DNA of 64,000 nt from the NCBI GenBank assembly GCA_010093815.1, contig ML996575.1; one strand, given 5' to 3'. This document shows, piece after piece, positions 1-12,020 of this stretch. Numbering within the stretch: position 1 is the stretch's first letter; each line of letters starts with the position of its first letter. The stretch is from Pseudovirgaria hyperparasitica. Lineage: Eukaryota. The position numbers and the translations under genes are program-made. The notes under the pieces are model-generated. The model worked only from the letters and a program-made list of their open reading frames with translations. It had not been told where the DNA came from and searched no databases.

Positions 1-2123
1 AGGATTGTCACAAGTAGACATATACATACCAAGCCGATGATGCCCGCACTGGAGTAGCCCAACCTGGAAAGGCGATCATCAGGGTCGATATTATGATTCC
101 GATCCACACCATCAATACGCACCATAAAGATGCTTTGAGATGTCATCCAGTGTAGTAGCGCTGAAACACCCATCAGAGGCAACGCGTACATGATCGGTAA
201 TGTGAAGAAGTGAGTCGGCCGCTGGGCACCTCTGGGCCGCTCAGACACTCTAAGGCCCTTGCGACGGACGGCGAGACGATCAAACTCTTCTGCGATGGCC
301 AATTTGCAGTAGATGTTGTTATATGCAACATACAAGATGGAGAAGCCAAGTTGTGGGATGTTGGCTACTAAGAGAGAAGGCACGATGCCGGAACTACCTA
401 CATCATCTCCTTGGAATGATGCTAGGGATTGTATGTTCGGAACGCCTAAGCCGTTCGCAAAAGCTGAGCCGTGTGCGCCGTCGATGGCAAAGTATAGAGC
501 AATTCCTAATACGATGGCGTAGACAGATGATCTGTATTGTCAATTAGATGGTGAGGAAACCAGTCTTCATGATCACGAAACTCACAGGCCGATTGTGGAG
601 AAGAATTGCACACTGTTTGCGCCATGCCACCAGCGAAGATGTCGGCCGGTGTGAACTTGGGGATCGTAGTGCGCAGCCCAGTTGTCTTTTCGAATCTGTC
701 TAGAGGAGACTAGACACATTCCTCGCGTTGTCTCATCCTCGAATTGAAGGAATGAGGAGATAGCGTCACCCAATGTGCGCAGGAATTGCCCGACTGGCTT
801 CTCGAACACTAAATAGGCGATTATAATGGTCTTGATACTGCCGACCACAACGACAGCCAACATTAACCAGACGTTGAATTGTAGCTGGCAAACGTCGGGA
901 GTTGAGCGGGCTAGACAGCGTGAGATGGGATGGTCAAGTAAGGTCCAGTTCTTGCCATGACTGGTACCCTCTTCCGCCAGTTCCAGACTGCAACGGTCGC
1001 TGTCCTGGCTCGTGCTGTTGAGGATGTCTCGGCATATCCAACGGAAAGGGTCCCCATTGGTACTGGCTTTGTCCATAGAGACAGCACGTTGAGGGTATCG
1101 AGACCAAAGTAAAGGTTCATCCTCAGCATTACTAGTGACAACGAGCAAGTCACTGTACGATTGAGGGAAGCTATTCGAGTAGTTCCTGATGCATGACATG
1201 GTGTCCATCTCAACAAATGCTGAGGCTAGAGTAGGATCGCGACCATCCTTTAGGAGAGAGATCACGGTGGTATCGTTCTCTCTCCAGAATTCGTAAGTGT
1301 TCTTAGTGTCGTAGGAGTTGAACAGCTTAGGTGAGGAATTCTCGACTGAAGGCTGCCATGTCGTATTCGTAAAGTAACCCTCGGTAACAAGCGCGATGGC
1401 GTACTGGTTGGATTGGCTTGACGTGAAGAAAACAGAATTAAAGCTATATCTTCCGTCAGGATAAATAGTCGAATGGGATGGAAGTTGAGCTTACAATAGA
1501 TGTAAAGGCATGGATGTTATCCCGAGAAGCAGCCACAAGATGGCTCTCTTTTTGCTAATGTACTTTAAATTTCGGAGACTTTGGACACCAATTTCAACCC
1601 ATTTTCTTTTCGCATGCGCTCGATCGACCTCATCCCTGGACGGTGCCATCAATCCTTCCATGGCGTACGTAGAAGCTCCAAGTATAAAAGTTGATATGGC
1701 ATTCAGTCCTCCATGAATGCCAGTGTCTGCACGGTGAACATAGCTGCAAGAGCCACGAACAATAGTGCCAGAGCCGTGTTCCACACCAAAATTCCGATAC
1801 ATCCAGATATAGACGACGAGATTGATCACCAGAGCTCCAGTAGAAAGAGCTAAGGCGCGCACAAGACCAGCTTTCCACCCAGCTACGAAGGTATTGTAGA
1901 CTGATGCGAAATGTCCAGTACCAAATTGCTCACGCTCTTTGTGCTCGAGTCTTTCAGGAAAAGATCGCGGGTAATCCACCGTCCAGCTTGGCTCAATTTC
2001 CTTTAATGGCATGTCACCCAGCTCTTTGGAGGGGATACTGCCAGATGGCGCGTGAACCAGGACTTCTTCTTGATCTGGGTCATCAAAGGAAAGTTCCCTG
2101 AATTTTCCTCGATAGGCTACCAT
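1..2123 (-). CDS. DUF6536-type fungal multi-pass membrane protein, 3' end runs off the window; exons 2123-1495, 1443-586, 531-<1
   Basis: The N-terminal motif LNAISTFILGASTYAM...APSRDEVDRAH..KWVEIGVQSLRNL continues across a GTAAGC..CTGAC..TAG intron (1494-1444) into LHLFFNSVFF. After intron 585-532 the frame continues LLVANIPQL...RKGLRVS..PRGAQRPTHFFTLP..Y..PL...SALLHW..SQSIF, typical of this family. Confidence 0.85.
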
Positions 2124-3047
2124 TCTCGAAGTGCGGGTCGCAAGAGGTCCTGAGTCAATTTTGAGGCTTTGCTAACATCATTTGTCGCCGCGCACTGTTG
2201 TCGCATGCGCGATACGGATTCGTGAACCAGGAGCGGGAAGAGAGAAACACTCCGGAAGCCAAGTGAAGAAATCGTATTGCTCTGTGATATCTAGCAAGAC
2301 GCTACTGGCACCGTTGTACAACTGTGAGTGAGGTCGCTGAGGTCTGAAAACGCAAGTATGGAGATGGGTCCTCTAAAGATAGCGACTTCTAGCCCCCATA
2401 TGGTCTCAGCCGCAGCCATGTGGAAGCAATCTAGCGTGCCACCAACTCGCTCAACGCATAATCAAACTCCAGAACATTGGCGACCTGGCAAATCGCCTGG
2501 AGGAGATCCTTTTTGCGACGTCATCATCGCTTCTAGGTTGGTCAGGCCAGGTGTGAGGTTCATTACTTCGTTGCATTCTTTACTGGACAGTCGAGACATC
2601 TTATGGTAGACCAGCCATAGAGGCTTCACTTGAAACTTGGTGCCAGTATCAGTGCAACATAAGAGCGAACCCAAATGTTCTTGCAGCAATCAGGGCCATG
2701 GCCTCCCTTTGAATACAATCCATCAGGTATGCGAGTTGTGTCTATACGCAGGCATCGGTATATCGGGTCGGAATAATAGAAGGAGGATCGGAGATGATCC
2801 TACGGACGGAGATCTGCATGTAAGCCCGACACTAGCCCCCGTAGGATTCGTCTGTGGCTGGGACCGCTGGGTCCGTTGTTGAGCGACGTCGTATACATAT
2901 AATAAGCTTCAAGAATCGAACGATGCTCTCATAGGCATATCAGACTATCCTGACCGGTAGCTGGCCAATGGACCTTGTTTACGCCGGCTACAACAGTAAA
3001 TAGTAATGAATTTACTCCAGCTCTTGGATATTGCAGCGTGACAATGC

Positions 3048-5121
3048 TTACAGCGGATGCATCGGTAAATCATACCAGCCATATCCGTCCGCCATCAGGG
3101 CGTCCATCCATTGATCTCCCAATTGTGGTTCTGTGAGGCTGAGTATTGGCAGATTTTCGAGCTGTACTTGATCTTGGCCTTGGTTTCCGGCTTGAGTGCG
3201 CGGTCGCCGATTGTACCACTCTTTAACGCCGCGGATTCGTTTCGTGAAATGGTAAAAAATGTCTCGATCACCCGAAAAATCAACATCGTCCGAGACTAAG
3301 CACTCAATTTGTGTAAGCATCTGATCCAGTATTTTGTCCATGTCGATGTCTTGTAGAACCGCCGTGATCTCCGGTGCTGTTCCCAATTCCGTTGCCGTGA
3401 CCACCATCTTTGGCGCGACTATAAGAAAGAATCCGGTCGAAGTCGCCTCAAAGTTGGTAAGAACTCTCTTGCTGTCTGATGACTTGCTGAGAAAGGTTTT
3501 GAAGAAGGAATTAGCGGTCAGCAAGCCAGATCGCAGCAGCTCCGAATACCAAGGCACTGAGAATGTTGCAGATGCACTTATCGGGTGTGTGCGAGCCAAC
3601 AGGCCAATTTGATCGAGGTATAAACTGGCGACATTGTAAAGATGCTCAAGTAGATCTTCCAAGACGTTAGTCACAACAACTTTGTAAATCAAATCATGTA
3701 CGTACGCAACTCTCCAATAGGATAGCGTAATGAGTCGCGAAATGCATCTAATTCCACGCGTATCATTTTCATTTGTATACGGGTTGAGGAGTTATGGTTT
3801 TCAAGATCGCTATCGGCACCAATTGGCATGGCTTCTATTCTTTCCCACAGCCTCTGTACCGTTACAAGTGCAAGAAGATACTTGTCGGTATCGTATTCAG
3901 GAGTCAGGTATAGATTCTCGGCGTATTTCAGTATGTCGGCCGAGAATGGTAGAGTGTTCAATTTACGAAGTAGAATAGCGCTCCTACCAGACAGATGTCA
4001 GTATACCGGTTCAAAATTTCGGTGCTTTGCATTTACGAAGAGGTAAGAAAGTAGCAGCCCAGCACCGCCCGTTGCCTGTCCTTCAAGGCCGGTTCCGCTG
4101 ACCCCTCTTTCTGTCCGAATGAGTCCGGATGAAATGACATGCCATTCCTCCAAGAGTACTGTTCCGAAGGTCTCTCCAATCGCAGATCAATAAGAATACT
4201 GAGCGCTAGGTGCAGTAGCTGAGAATGACGACGTGGTCGTGGGTGGTATTGGCTCCTGTACTTATGAGTGGTGTACGTCCCATAGCATGAAAACCATACC
4301 AAGCAACAAATACAAGCAGAGCTTGCAGAAGATCAAATGATACCTCACCTCGCGCAATGATATGACGAGAGACTTGGCTGCACATCATCGTTGCCAGTTT
4401 GCGTTGTAGCGTCATCTCTTGATATGAGGCATTCGCCATAATGGCTAGAAACAGGTACGGCTGACTCTGTCTCAGAGTTTCTGCAGTATGCTGTGGAGAT
4501 GGCATGACAAACGGGAAATGGTAAATCATGGAGGCTCTATATACCGACAACAACTGTTCAGCTTTCTGCAAAGAAAGAAGACCTATATCGATGACATCCT
4601 CAGTTTTGCCAGGAGGGGTAGAATAGAAAGATTCTCTTGCCCACGCGTTCTGATGGACGATACCTGTTTGTTGAAATCTAGATGTCTCGAGGGTTGCGCT
4701 CGACGAGGGCGAGTTGTCTGACTGTCGATGTGTATCCGACGACTGTTTTTCAAGAAGTTCGCTTACACGAGCCTCGAGTTGTTCAATCCGACTAATCGAG
4801 TATCATTTAGAATGTGTCAAGCAGCTGCCCATGGTGCACGATGTGAACTTACTTATCACTTTTATTGCCATAGAACCTTCGACGAGCACTGCGATATACG
4901 CAATCTTTGCTAAGACGTTGGCATCTAGATACGGATGAGCTATTATTCTCTGTCAAGGATATTTGTAGTTGAACAGACCTGTTGCACGTTGAAACATCAC
5001 CAGTACGGATGCATTTGACTTTTGCAGTAGCACAATTCTGGCATGTCTTGGTAAGCGGAGCTGGAGAATCTCCTGGACTGATGGCGCGTTGTGGGCGAGT
5101 ATTTAGGCTTCTGTTGGCCAT
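3048..5121 (-). CDS. Zn(II)2Cys6 fungal transcription factor; introns 4978-4925, 4852-4792, 4299-4256, 4036-3984, 3705-3656
   Basis: CQNCATAKVKC...CNR|CQRLSKDC forms the six-Cys cluster, followed by coiled coil RIEQLEARVSELL and a middle-homology-like region (HFPFVM..PYLFLAIM, SFDLLQALLVFVAW, QRAVLGCYFLTSS). Five GT-AG introns join the ORF-track fragments in frame. Confidence 0.9.
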
Positions 5122-6032
5122 CTAGAGATGGCACAATGAAGTGCAGACGGCACAGGGTGATTGTACTAGAGCTTTGGAGAAGTTCCTGGGGTTTAAAAAG
5201 AATATCGATGATGTTGTCGATCATGCGACGAAGCGTTAGACAATACAAACGCGCTTACGCGACGCAAGCAGTACGACTTCGTAGTGGCTTAGATCAGTTC
5301 ACCAACAGCACCAGGGAATACAATTTATGACAGAGACAGTATTGTATGGCACTACAGACCTCTTCTATGAGGCTGAGTGCTAGATTGCTTTTTGGCGGAA
5401 AGTTGGTACGCCAGGCACCTATTGGCGGCACCGATCCGTTGGCCTACGTATTTGCGTCAAGGGATATAATTCTTGGCATCATTAGGATACTCGACTAGCA
5501 TTTCAAAAGACATTATACCTTAGACTAATTAGAGAATTTAATATAGGAGAGATTACTGCTATGCTATTTCAAAATAGAGAAATACGCAGGGTGTATACTA
5601 GCCTAGAAATCTCTATGCTCCTGTCCTCTGATGAGAATAAGTTGTAATGTGCTGTGCCAATATACTTAGCAGAATATACTCTCCCAAACAGCAATAGTAG
5701 CAACTTTCCATAGGAACATAATTCTCCACAGGCTATGCGAGTGTGTGCCTTTAGAGTAGACAGGGGAACCCTTTGATTTCTGTTGTACAAAAGGACAGAG
5801 ATATTTTCGTAATCCCAGGATTCAGACCAATCTAAGCACTGGCGACACTCTCCCTAACAGACTGAAGTTTGGCTGCTGGTAACGGACTGATTCTTGATTG
5901 GCTCTCAATCGAGCGTGACGCCCAGGCTTCATGGCCACCTGTTCTTCAGCATATGTGTACATATACTTCCAGATTGTGCTTAGACAAGTCTCCATGGTTA
6001 TAACTACTTACAAGCTAATATTCTGCATCGAA

Positions 6033-6104
6033 GGGCAATTGGTCTAGTGGTATGATTCTTCCTTAGCATGGAAGAGGTCCTGGGTTCAATTCCCAGATTG
6101 TCCA
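6033..6104 (+). tRNA. tRNA-Ala, anticodon AGC, intronless
   Basis: Acceptor stem GGGCAAT/ATTGTCC with the G3:U70 alanine identity pair, discriminator A, anticodon arm CTTCC-TTAGCAT-GGAAG, T arm CTGGG-TTCAATT-CCCAG, and downstream T-runs at about 6146 and 6162. Confidence 0.95.
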
Positions 6105-6351
6105 GACGTTTCACACTTAGAAGCTGCGGCTTCTGGGTGTTCTCCTTTTTGCTGAATCCACTTTTTTGCATCAGGCGCATGCACTTGGAGGCTTAGCGCT
6201 AGACTTGCGCTAACCTAAAATAGCATCCATCCGCGGTATGACTTCGGCAATACAATTACCTCTCAAGCTGCGGCCTATGACCAGGCAAGTTGATTCTACG
6301 CGTTGTATATTCATAAAATCGCTGCTCAACATCTTTATGTCTCCTACCATC

Positions 6352-7022
6352 ATGCCCAGTCCAATATGCACGCTTTGGCGTGTACAGGTACGTACATGTA
6401 TACAATGTTGTGCTTTTAGCAGCTCGGCACGCCTCCTCATTTCTGAGAGTTCTCTTCCACGCGTCGCGCAACCCTCAATGTGGCAATCGATGATTCCAAA
6501 ACCTTTTCGCAAGGGCGCCGATGGCTCACGTCCTATTGGAGCAGTTAGGACTCAACGATGGAACCCTGCGACTACCTATATCATACTTGCATTACTCGTT
6601 GGATCACAAGCCATTCAACTCATGCAGATACGACACAGCACAGCAAACATCACTCGCGAAACGGAGGCAAAGTTGGCTTTACTGCGTGGAGTGATCGAAA
6701 AAGTGAAGGCGGGAGAGGACGTGGACGTTGAAGGACTACTCGGGACCGGCAATCGTGAGAAGGAGAAGGAGTGGGAAAAATGTGAGTCTCCGGATACCTC
6801 CAGAGAGAGCTTCTGTACACACACAAAGATCACTGATTCTCAATTATTTTTTTAGTTATGAAAGATATTGAGGAAGAGGATATGCGACTGTCGACACACA
6901 AGGAGAAGAGACGGAACTCGGACAGGATTGATGATCTGAAAAACCCAGAGGAAGAGCAAGTCATCGTGACTCCCAAAACTTCAGTGGCTGAAGAAAAGAA
7001 CAGACCGGCAAGATTCGTATGA
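6352..7022 (+). CDS. DUF5321-like conserved fungal protein, probably mitochondrial with one TM; intron 6782-6855; start could be an upstream in-frame ATG (6238-6337)
   Basis: Motifs RVAQPSMWQSMIPK, WNPATTYIILALLVGSQAI and LRGVIEKV..GEDVDVE.LLGTG...EKEWE. A GTGAGT..CTGAT..TAG intron gives WEKFMKDIEEED and a TGA at 7020-7022. The N-terminus is Arg/Ser-rich like a presequence. Confidence 0.75.
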
Positions 7023-8188
7023 GCCAAATATCATGCACATATCACGCCTTGTTCAGCGGATCGCGGATCTGGATCTTACCATTACTATATTTTCCGAGAG
7101 CCGTGGTATGCCCTCGCTGGAACCACCACCGAAGCCTTAACCGGCTGCCATTATGCTCGTACAGTACGTGTAAGGCACGCTCAAAGTCTAAAGACACATT
7201 GGAACTCTGGTCGAATCGAGTAAAGTGGCACTATCCGCGTATAGATCGAACGGACTAGTCCCATGTCGAGCACATCACATTGCGCACCGTATTTTACATA
7301 CAAAACCTACCGAAAGATCTAGAGCTAGGTGAACTACCCGCACTGAAATCTCCGGCCCAGGTCTATTCGTGGACTGATGAAGACAAAAGATCGCGCGCTG
7401 TATGATAAAATAACAGGGATAAAAGCGCTGCAATGTGTACTTACAATGTTTCGTTGTATTCGGGTGTATTAGTAGATTGAGAGAGTTTGAGAACTCTGCG
7501 ATGGACGACATCCTGTCTATGGCTACGAGATCTGAAGCCGGAATCCTGGGTTAGACTCTCATGGCACTCAGGATACTTATTTCTTGTGGGAGGACGCCTT
7601 GCATCTGTACATGTCCCTTTCGACCGACCGAAAGTTTTCGACCATATAGTACGAGCATACTAATGTACTAAACTGACCGCTTTGCTTCTGCACCTTTCGA
7701 CATGCAGCGCAATGAATGGCTAGTATATAAAATCGTGTGCTTGTCAATATGACTCGCATGCTTGACAGACAAGAGGTATCTCGGGAGGGCGACACGGAGG
7801 AATATGGTATTCTCATATGCACTAAAGATAACAAAAGGCTCTATGTAATACGAAAGATCTATGTGGCGACACAAGCATGTGCATGTGTGAACCAAAGAAT
7901 GGGTCGACTATTCCCGCCTGAGGCATTTAGCGATGATTGTTCATTAGCCACATATGATGTTCTTGCACCAGTCATAAACGACCGTTCGGTCTCATTGTGG
8001 CTGAACGCGATTAAATATATGCTGAAGTCGCGATGACGACAATTGTTTAGTCCGTCTACGACCCGGATGCTTGATGTTTCAGCGACTTAAATCTCCGTCT
8101 TTCTGAATTTGCCTACTGGCCATCTACCAGTCACCTACCAAGACAATACAGCCCGAAGCCCTGTGCTGAGACTTCTCCACTTAGCAAC

Positions 8189-9478
8189 ATGTCGGCCTCG
8201 TCATCAACCACCTCACTACCACCGAGCTCAAAGTCCTCACTCAGCAAATTCGTGAGTCTCCCATTTGGCCTCCAATGGCGAACGGCTGCTCTTCGTGCCC
8301 AACGTCTAGTACCCAGCCAAGTCACTTATTTGACGTCTCCCCTGGGTCCACATCCGATCACCACTGAGTTGCCATCGCGAGGCACACACAAGATACCTGT
8401 ATGGATCTTCATACCCCCCAAGGCAAAAGAAACCAAAGAAATGAACGCCAAGAGCAAGGAGAATACCAAAGCCGACGAAAGCGCTTCTCAATCGGGTCCA
8501 ACGCGCCCAATACCTGATCGCAAGGACACTAAGAAGGCCAAGAAACCTCTCAGAGAGTTGGGGGTCAACCTTGATTTTCATGGAGGAGGCTTCACGACCG
8601 GCGCGTGTACAGAACAGGCTCCATTCTGTGCCCTGCTTGCTCGCGAAACAGGACGAATCATCATCACGGTAGACTACAGGCTTGGTCCGATTGACAAGTA
8701 TCCCGCCGCAGTCGAGGATGCCGAGGATGTATTACGCGCAATTCTCGACCAGGAGTATGAAGAGTTCACATCGCTCCCGAAACCACAAAGAAAGGCTGCA
8801 CAAGCTCTACGCCACGAATTGACGAAAGAGAAGGTATCGATCGACCGGTCGAAGCTGAGCATAAGCGGGTTCTCCTCCGGTGGTAATCTGGCACTCGGTC
8901 TGGCAGTCCCAGATTCGCTGCTCACGAATCGACTTCCTGAAGGGCAGAAAGTACCTCTGTTGTTGTTCTACCCCAGTCTGGACGCTCGACTGCTACCACA
9001 CGAACGTCCGTTGCCACCAACGATGCCTGTGCGCCAAGAATCTACCAGCAGCGTTCTGACTTTAACTACGAGCCTGATGAGCGGTATGTCCGAAAGCTAT
9101 CTCCCGGCAGCCAACAGAGGCGAAATCAAAGCCTCACCTGGCCTGGCCGATCCAGACTCAGTATACAAGTATGCACAAATACTACTCGTCAACGCCGAGT
9201 GGGACTCGCTAGCACTGCAAGGTCGTGAATGGGCTGAGAAGATGCGCGCGAAGGGATGGACTGAAGACAGGCTGGAGATGTGGGAGTCGACGCAGGTGAA
9301 ACACGGCTGGACACAGTTTCCGCAAAGCTGGCTTGTTGAGGGAGAGGTTGTCGAGCGTGACAAGGTGTTCAAGAGATGCATCGAGGTGTTGAATGATGGG
9401 AGCGTGCACTCGACCGCACAAACGGCGAATAAACCTGATGCGGAGACTGCGGCTTTTGCGAAAACGCAGGCTGAGTGA
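8189..9478 (+). CDS. Alpha/beta hydrolase, HSL-like esterase/lipase (Abhydrolase_3), intronless, 429 aa
   Basis: DFHGGGF oxyanion motif, VDYRLGP..KYPAAVED, nucleophile elbow GFSSGG, AEWD (Asp) and HGW (His). Confidence 0.9.
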   Translation: MSASSSTTSLPPSSKSSLSKFVSLPFGLQWRTAALRAQRLVPSQVTYLTSPLGPHPITTELPSRGTHKIPVWIFIPPKAKETKEMNAKSKENTKADESASQSGPTRPIPDRKDTKKAKKPLRELGVNLDFHGGGFTTGACTEQAPFCALLARETGRIIITVDYRLGPIDKYPAAVEDAEDVLRAILDQEYEEFTSLPKPQRKAAQALRHELTKEKVSIDRSKLSISGFSSGGNLALGLAVPDSLLTNRLPEGQKVPLLLFYPSLDARLLPHERPLPPTMPVRQESTSSVLTLTTSLMSGMSESYLPAANRGEIKASPGLADPDSVYKYAQILLVNAEWDSLALQGREWAEKMRAKGWTEDRLEMWESTQVKHGWTQFPQSWLVEGEVVERDKVFKRCIEVLNDGSVHSTAQTANKPDAETAAFAKTQAE

Positions 9479-9959
9479 AGAGTCAAATGGCAAGCTGGCG
9501 TTTGGGTGATGCTAGAACGGTACACGATGTATATAAGTATAATTCTAATACTAACTGATGTTACGACAGTCTGAAATTATGAATGTTATACGCCTTATCT
9601 CAATTCGACATCAGCACACCGATCATCGTGGCATGCTCAGTGTTAATAAACAACAGATTCAGAGGGCCTTGGGAATAAACCACTTGCTGAGTTATCTAGC
9701 ACCATACCAATGGCCCGTTTCGAGTGCGAACAGCCAGTGCTTAAGCCATTGCCCGAGAACGTCACCGGGGCAAATAGTATCCGTGAAGGCTACTTAGTGT
9801 TCTGCCATGACGAGTGAAACAAGGGCGCCGCTGTTCAACACCAACCCTATCTGGCACAACCACGAGAACTTCGCGTTCGTTAGGCAACAAACGTGGCCAT
9901 CACCATTCACGATCGAATCGCCCTTCATATATCAAAAGCGAGACCAGTCTTCCATCACA

Positions 9960-10088
9960 GTACAGATGGCTGAGTGGTTGAAACATTGGTTTACCGGCTC
10001 CTTCTTTAGGATGAATCTTGGTTCCCGAGGTATTGGGCGGCAGAACGTCATGGGTTCAATCCCATGGCATGTCGTTTTGCTTTTTTTT
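9960..10088 (+). pseudogene. Degenerate class II (Ser/Leu-like) tRNA pseudogene or tRNA-derived Pol III element
   Basis: A-box TGGCTGAGTGG at 9967-9977, B-box/T-arm CATGGGTTCAATCCCATG at about 10049-10066, 3' end TGTCG at 10074, T4 then T8 terminator to 10088. The acceptor, D and anticodon stems do not pair canonically. Confidence 0.55.
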
Positions 10089-10458
10089 GACCAGATTTTT
10101 CGAAAAGATACGTCATGCTTGGTTTGGTCTATATATGGTGTCGATTTACAGGCCTGGGAGTCAAGGCTGTGCGTCTATTTTGCGTCTGTGAAGTACCTGC
10201 TGGATACTCATGGACATGGTGCCTTGCGGTCGATAGCATTTAAACGTAAAGAGCCGGAGAGGGCGGTGGTAGTAGTACTGTTGTTACGCGAAGTCCCACG
10301 AGTTCTTGCTGCTTGTTGAACATGCGGGAGAATCACAGTCCGTAGAACCCCTTTTATCTGCCCAGACAGAGTGCGATCCTCCTAGACTTGGGTAACTATC
10401 TACGTTCCTATATTGGCCACATCAAAGTCCTTAATCATCCCTCGACCAGTCCCAACGA

Positions 10459-10620
10459 CATCAACATACCCGCCATCAACATACCCGCCATCAACATACC
10501 CGCCATCAACATACCCGCCATCAACATACCCGCCATCAACATACCCGCCATCANNNNNNNNNNNNNNNNNNNNNNNNCCCGCCATCAACATACCCGCCAT
10601 CAACATACCCGCCATCAATA
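10459..10620. repeat. 15-bp minisatellite (CATCAACATACCCGC)n with an internal assembly gap (N 10554-10577)
   Basis: About 6 exact units before and about 3 after the gap; true copy number unknown. Confidence 0.95.
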
Positions 10621-11429
10621 TCGACATTCCACTATGCTTTGCGTGCGTAAGAGCTCCTCGATCAAGTGTCACTCCAAAGCTTCTTAGCAACAGTAAGCGG
10701 AATTCGCACGCCCGCCAAGCACTAAATCTACTCCTCACCTGCACGGAGCACAACCTTCTCCGCACCAAAACGACGATCAAAAACACGAACCTTGGAACGG
10801 TCACGTACGTACCATACATACTTCCTCACCATTGCGGCCAAGCCTTCCAGACGCAAAATAATAGCTTCTCAGGGGGCTGATGGTGAGCCTAGTATCTTGC
10901 CATAGTCGAGCCACGAGCCATAGTCGTCGTTTCGACATTGTTTGACCATCCCACTCAGACGAACCTCTCGGCGGTGAAACTCAAGACGTGCCAAGACGGC
11001 TGCATAAGGCTCTGCGCATTCTCACGAGGCAGTATGCATCGGAGGGTCGGTCGTATACCAAATCAGGCCCTCGGAAAATATCAAATGAGCCCAATAAGAG
11101 AGTCGGAGAATACTTGTCTTACGGAACACCCTCCACTCCTTCTTCCCATCCAGTCCGTTAAGAGTCCTATTAGATCGCCCATAACCCATCTTACCAACCA
11201 AACCAAACGCGAATGATCGCCGCCGAGACAATTGCCTACCCCTTGGCAGGCGGTCACTTTGCCCACCCCCAAGATAGGAACCCCTACTAGGGATGGATGC
11301 ACGCACCGCACCCTTGTGCGAGGTCATTTGGGTAATTAGTAGCCTTCTTTCTACGCCGTCTTTGCTTGGCTCGCTTGGCCGTGGGCATCAGCGTACAGAT
11401 TATGTTAGATATATATGACAAGGCGGAGG

Positions 11430-11770
11430 AGGGATAGAGTAGAAGAGGGTTGTCTACTTCGGAGTAGAGTAGCGTCGTACTATTAATGTGCTTGGGTCGT
11501 TCTCTGTTAGTACCGTAGGGCGATGTAGTGCTACTAGTGTAGTAGGATACTCTTAAGGGACACCTAAAAGCTAAGTAGATACCCTATAAGACTTACGAAG
11601 TGTCTTCTATAATCATAGTACTAAAAACCTCGCGCTCTATCTAATACCCTAACGAGGTCGAAGCCGTCTTCCAATATTATATATAAATCTTACTACTTTA
11701 ACTCTAGTATATATAGTCTTACATCTACTATATAAGAACCAGGTATTTCCGCTAGTAGTACTTACCTACC
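11430..11770. other. TpA-rich, CpA/TpG-poor tract (RIP-like decayed sequence)
   Basis: By-eye counts in 11461-11640 give roughly 8-11 TA but only 2-4 CA+TG per 60 nt, unlike the flanking genes. No intact ORF. Confidence 0.6.
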
Positions 11771-11857
11771 TACCAGGCGGAATTCCGCTGCCCGCTGGTA
11801 GTGGTCGACATGCCACTACCAGTATCAACACTCATGCGCGCTCAAGAAAAGGAAGTC

Positions 11858-12020
11858 ATGAACAACAATGAACAACAATGAACAACAATGAACAACAATG
11901 AACAACAATGAACAACAATGAANNNNNNNNNNNNNNNATGAACAACAATGAACAACAATGAACAACAATGAACAACAATGAACAACAATGAACAACAATG
12001 AATAATAATGAATAACAATC
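11858..12020. repeat. 10-bp minisatellite (ATGAACAACA)n with an internal assembly gap (N 11923-11937)
   Basis: About 6 exact units on each side of the gap. The last two units decay to AATAATAATG and AATAACAATC. Confidence 0.95.

Noticed and set aside
5460..5800. AT/TpA-rich patch upstream of tRNA-Ala as a transposon relic or snoRNA
   Set aside because: No terminal repeats, ORF remnants or complete C/D box pair that I can support.
10459..12020. Tandem arrays as CRISPR arrays or repeat-protein genes (PAINI/STYPP/DGGYV, HCCSLLFIVV)
   Set aside because: No spacers, eukaryotic context and no cas genes. The ORFs exist only because the repeat units lack stops.
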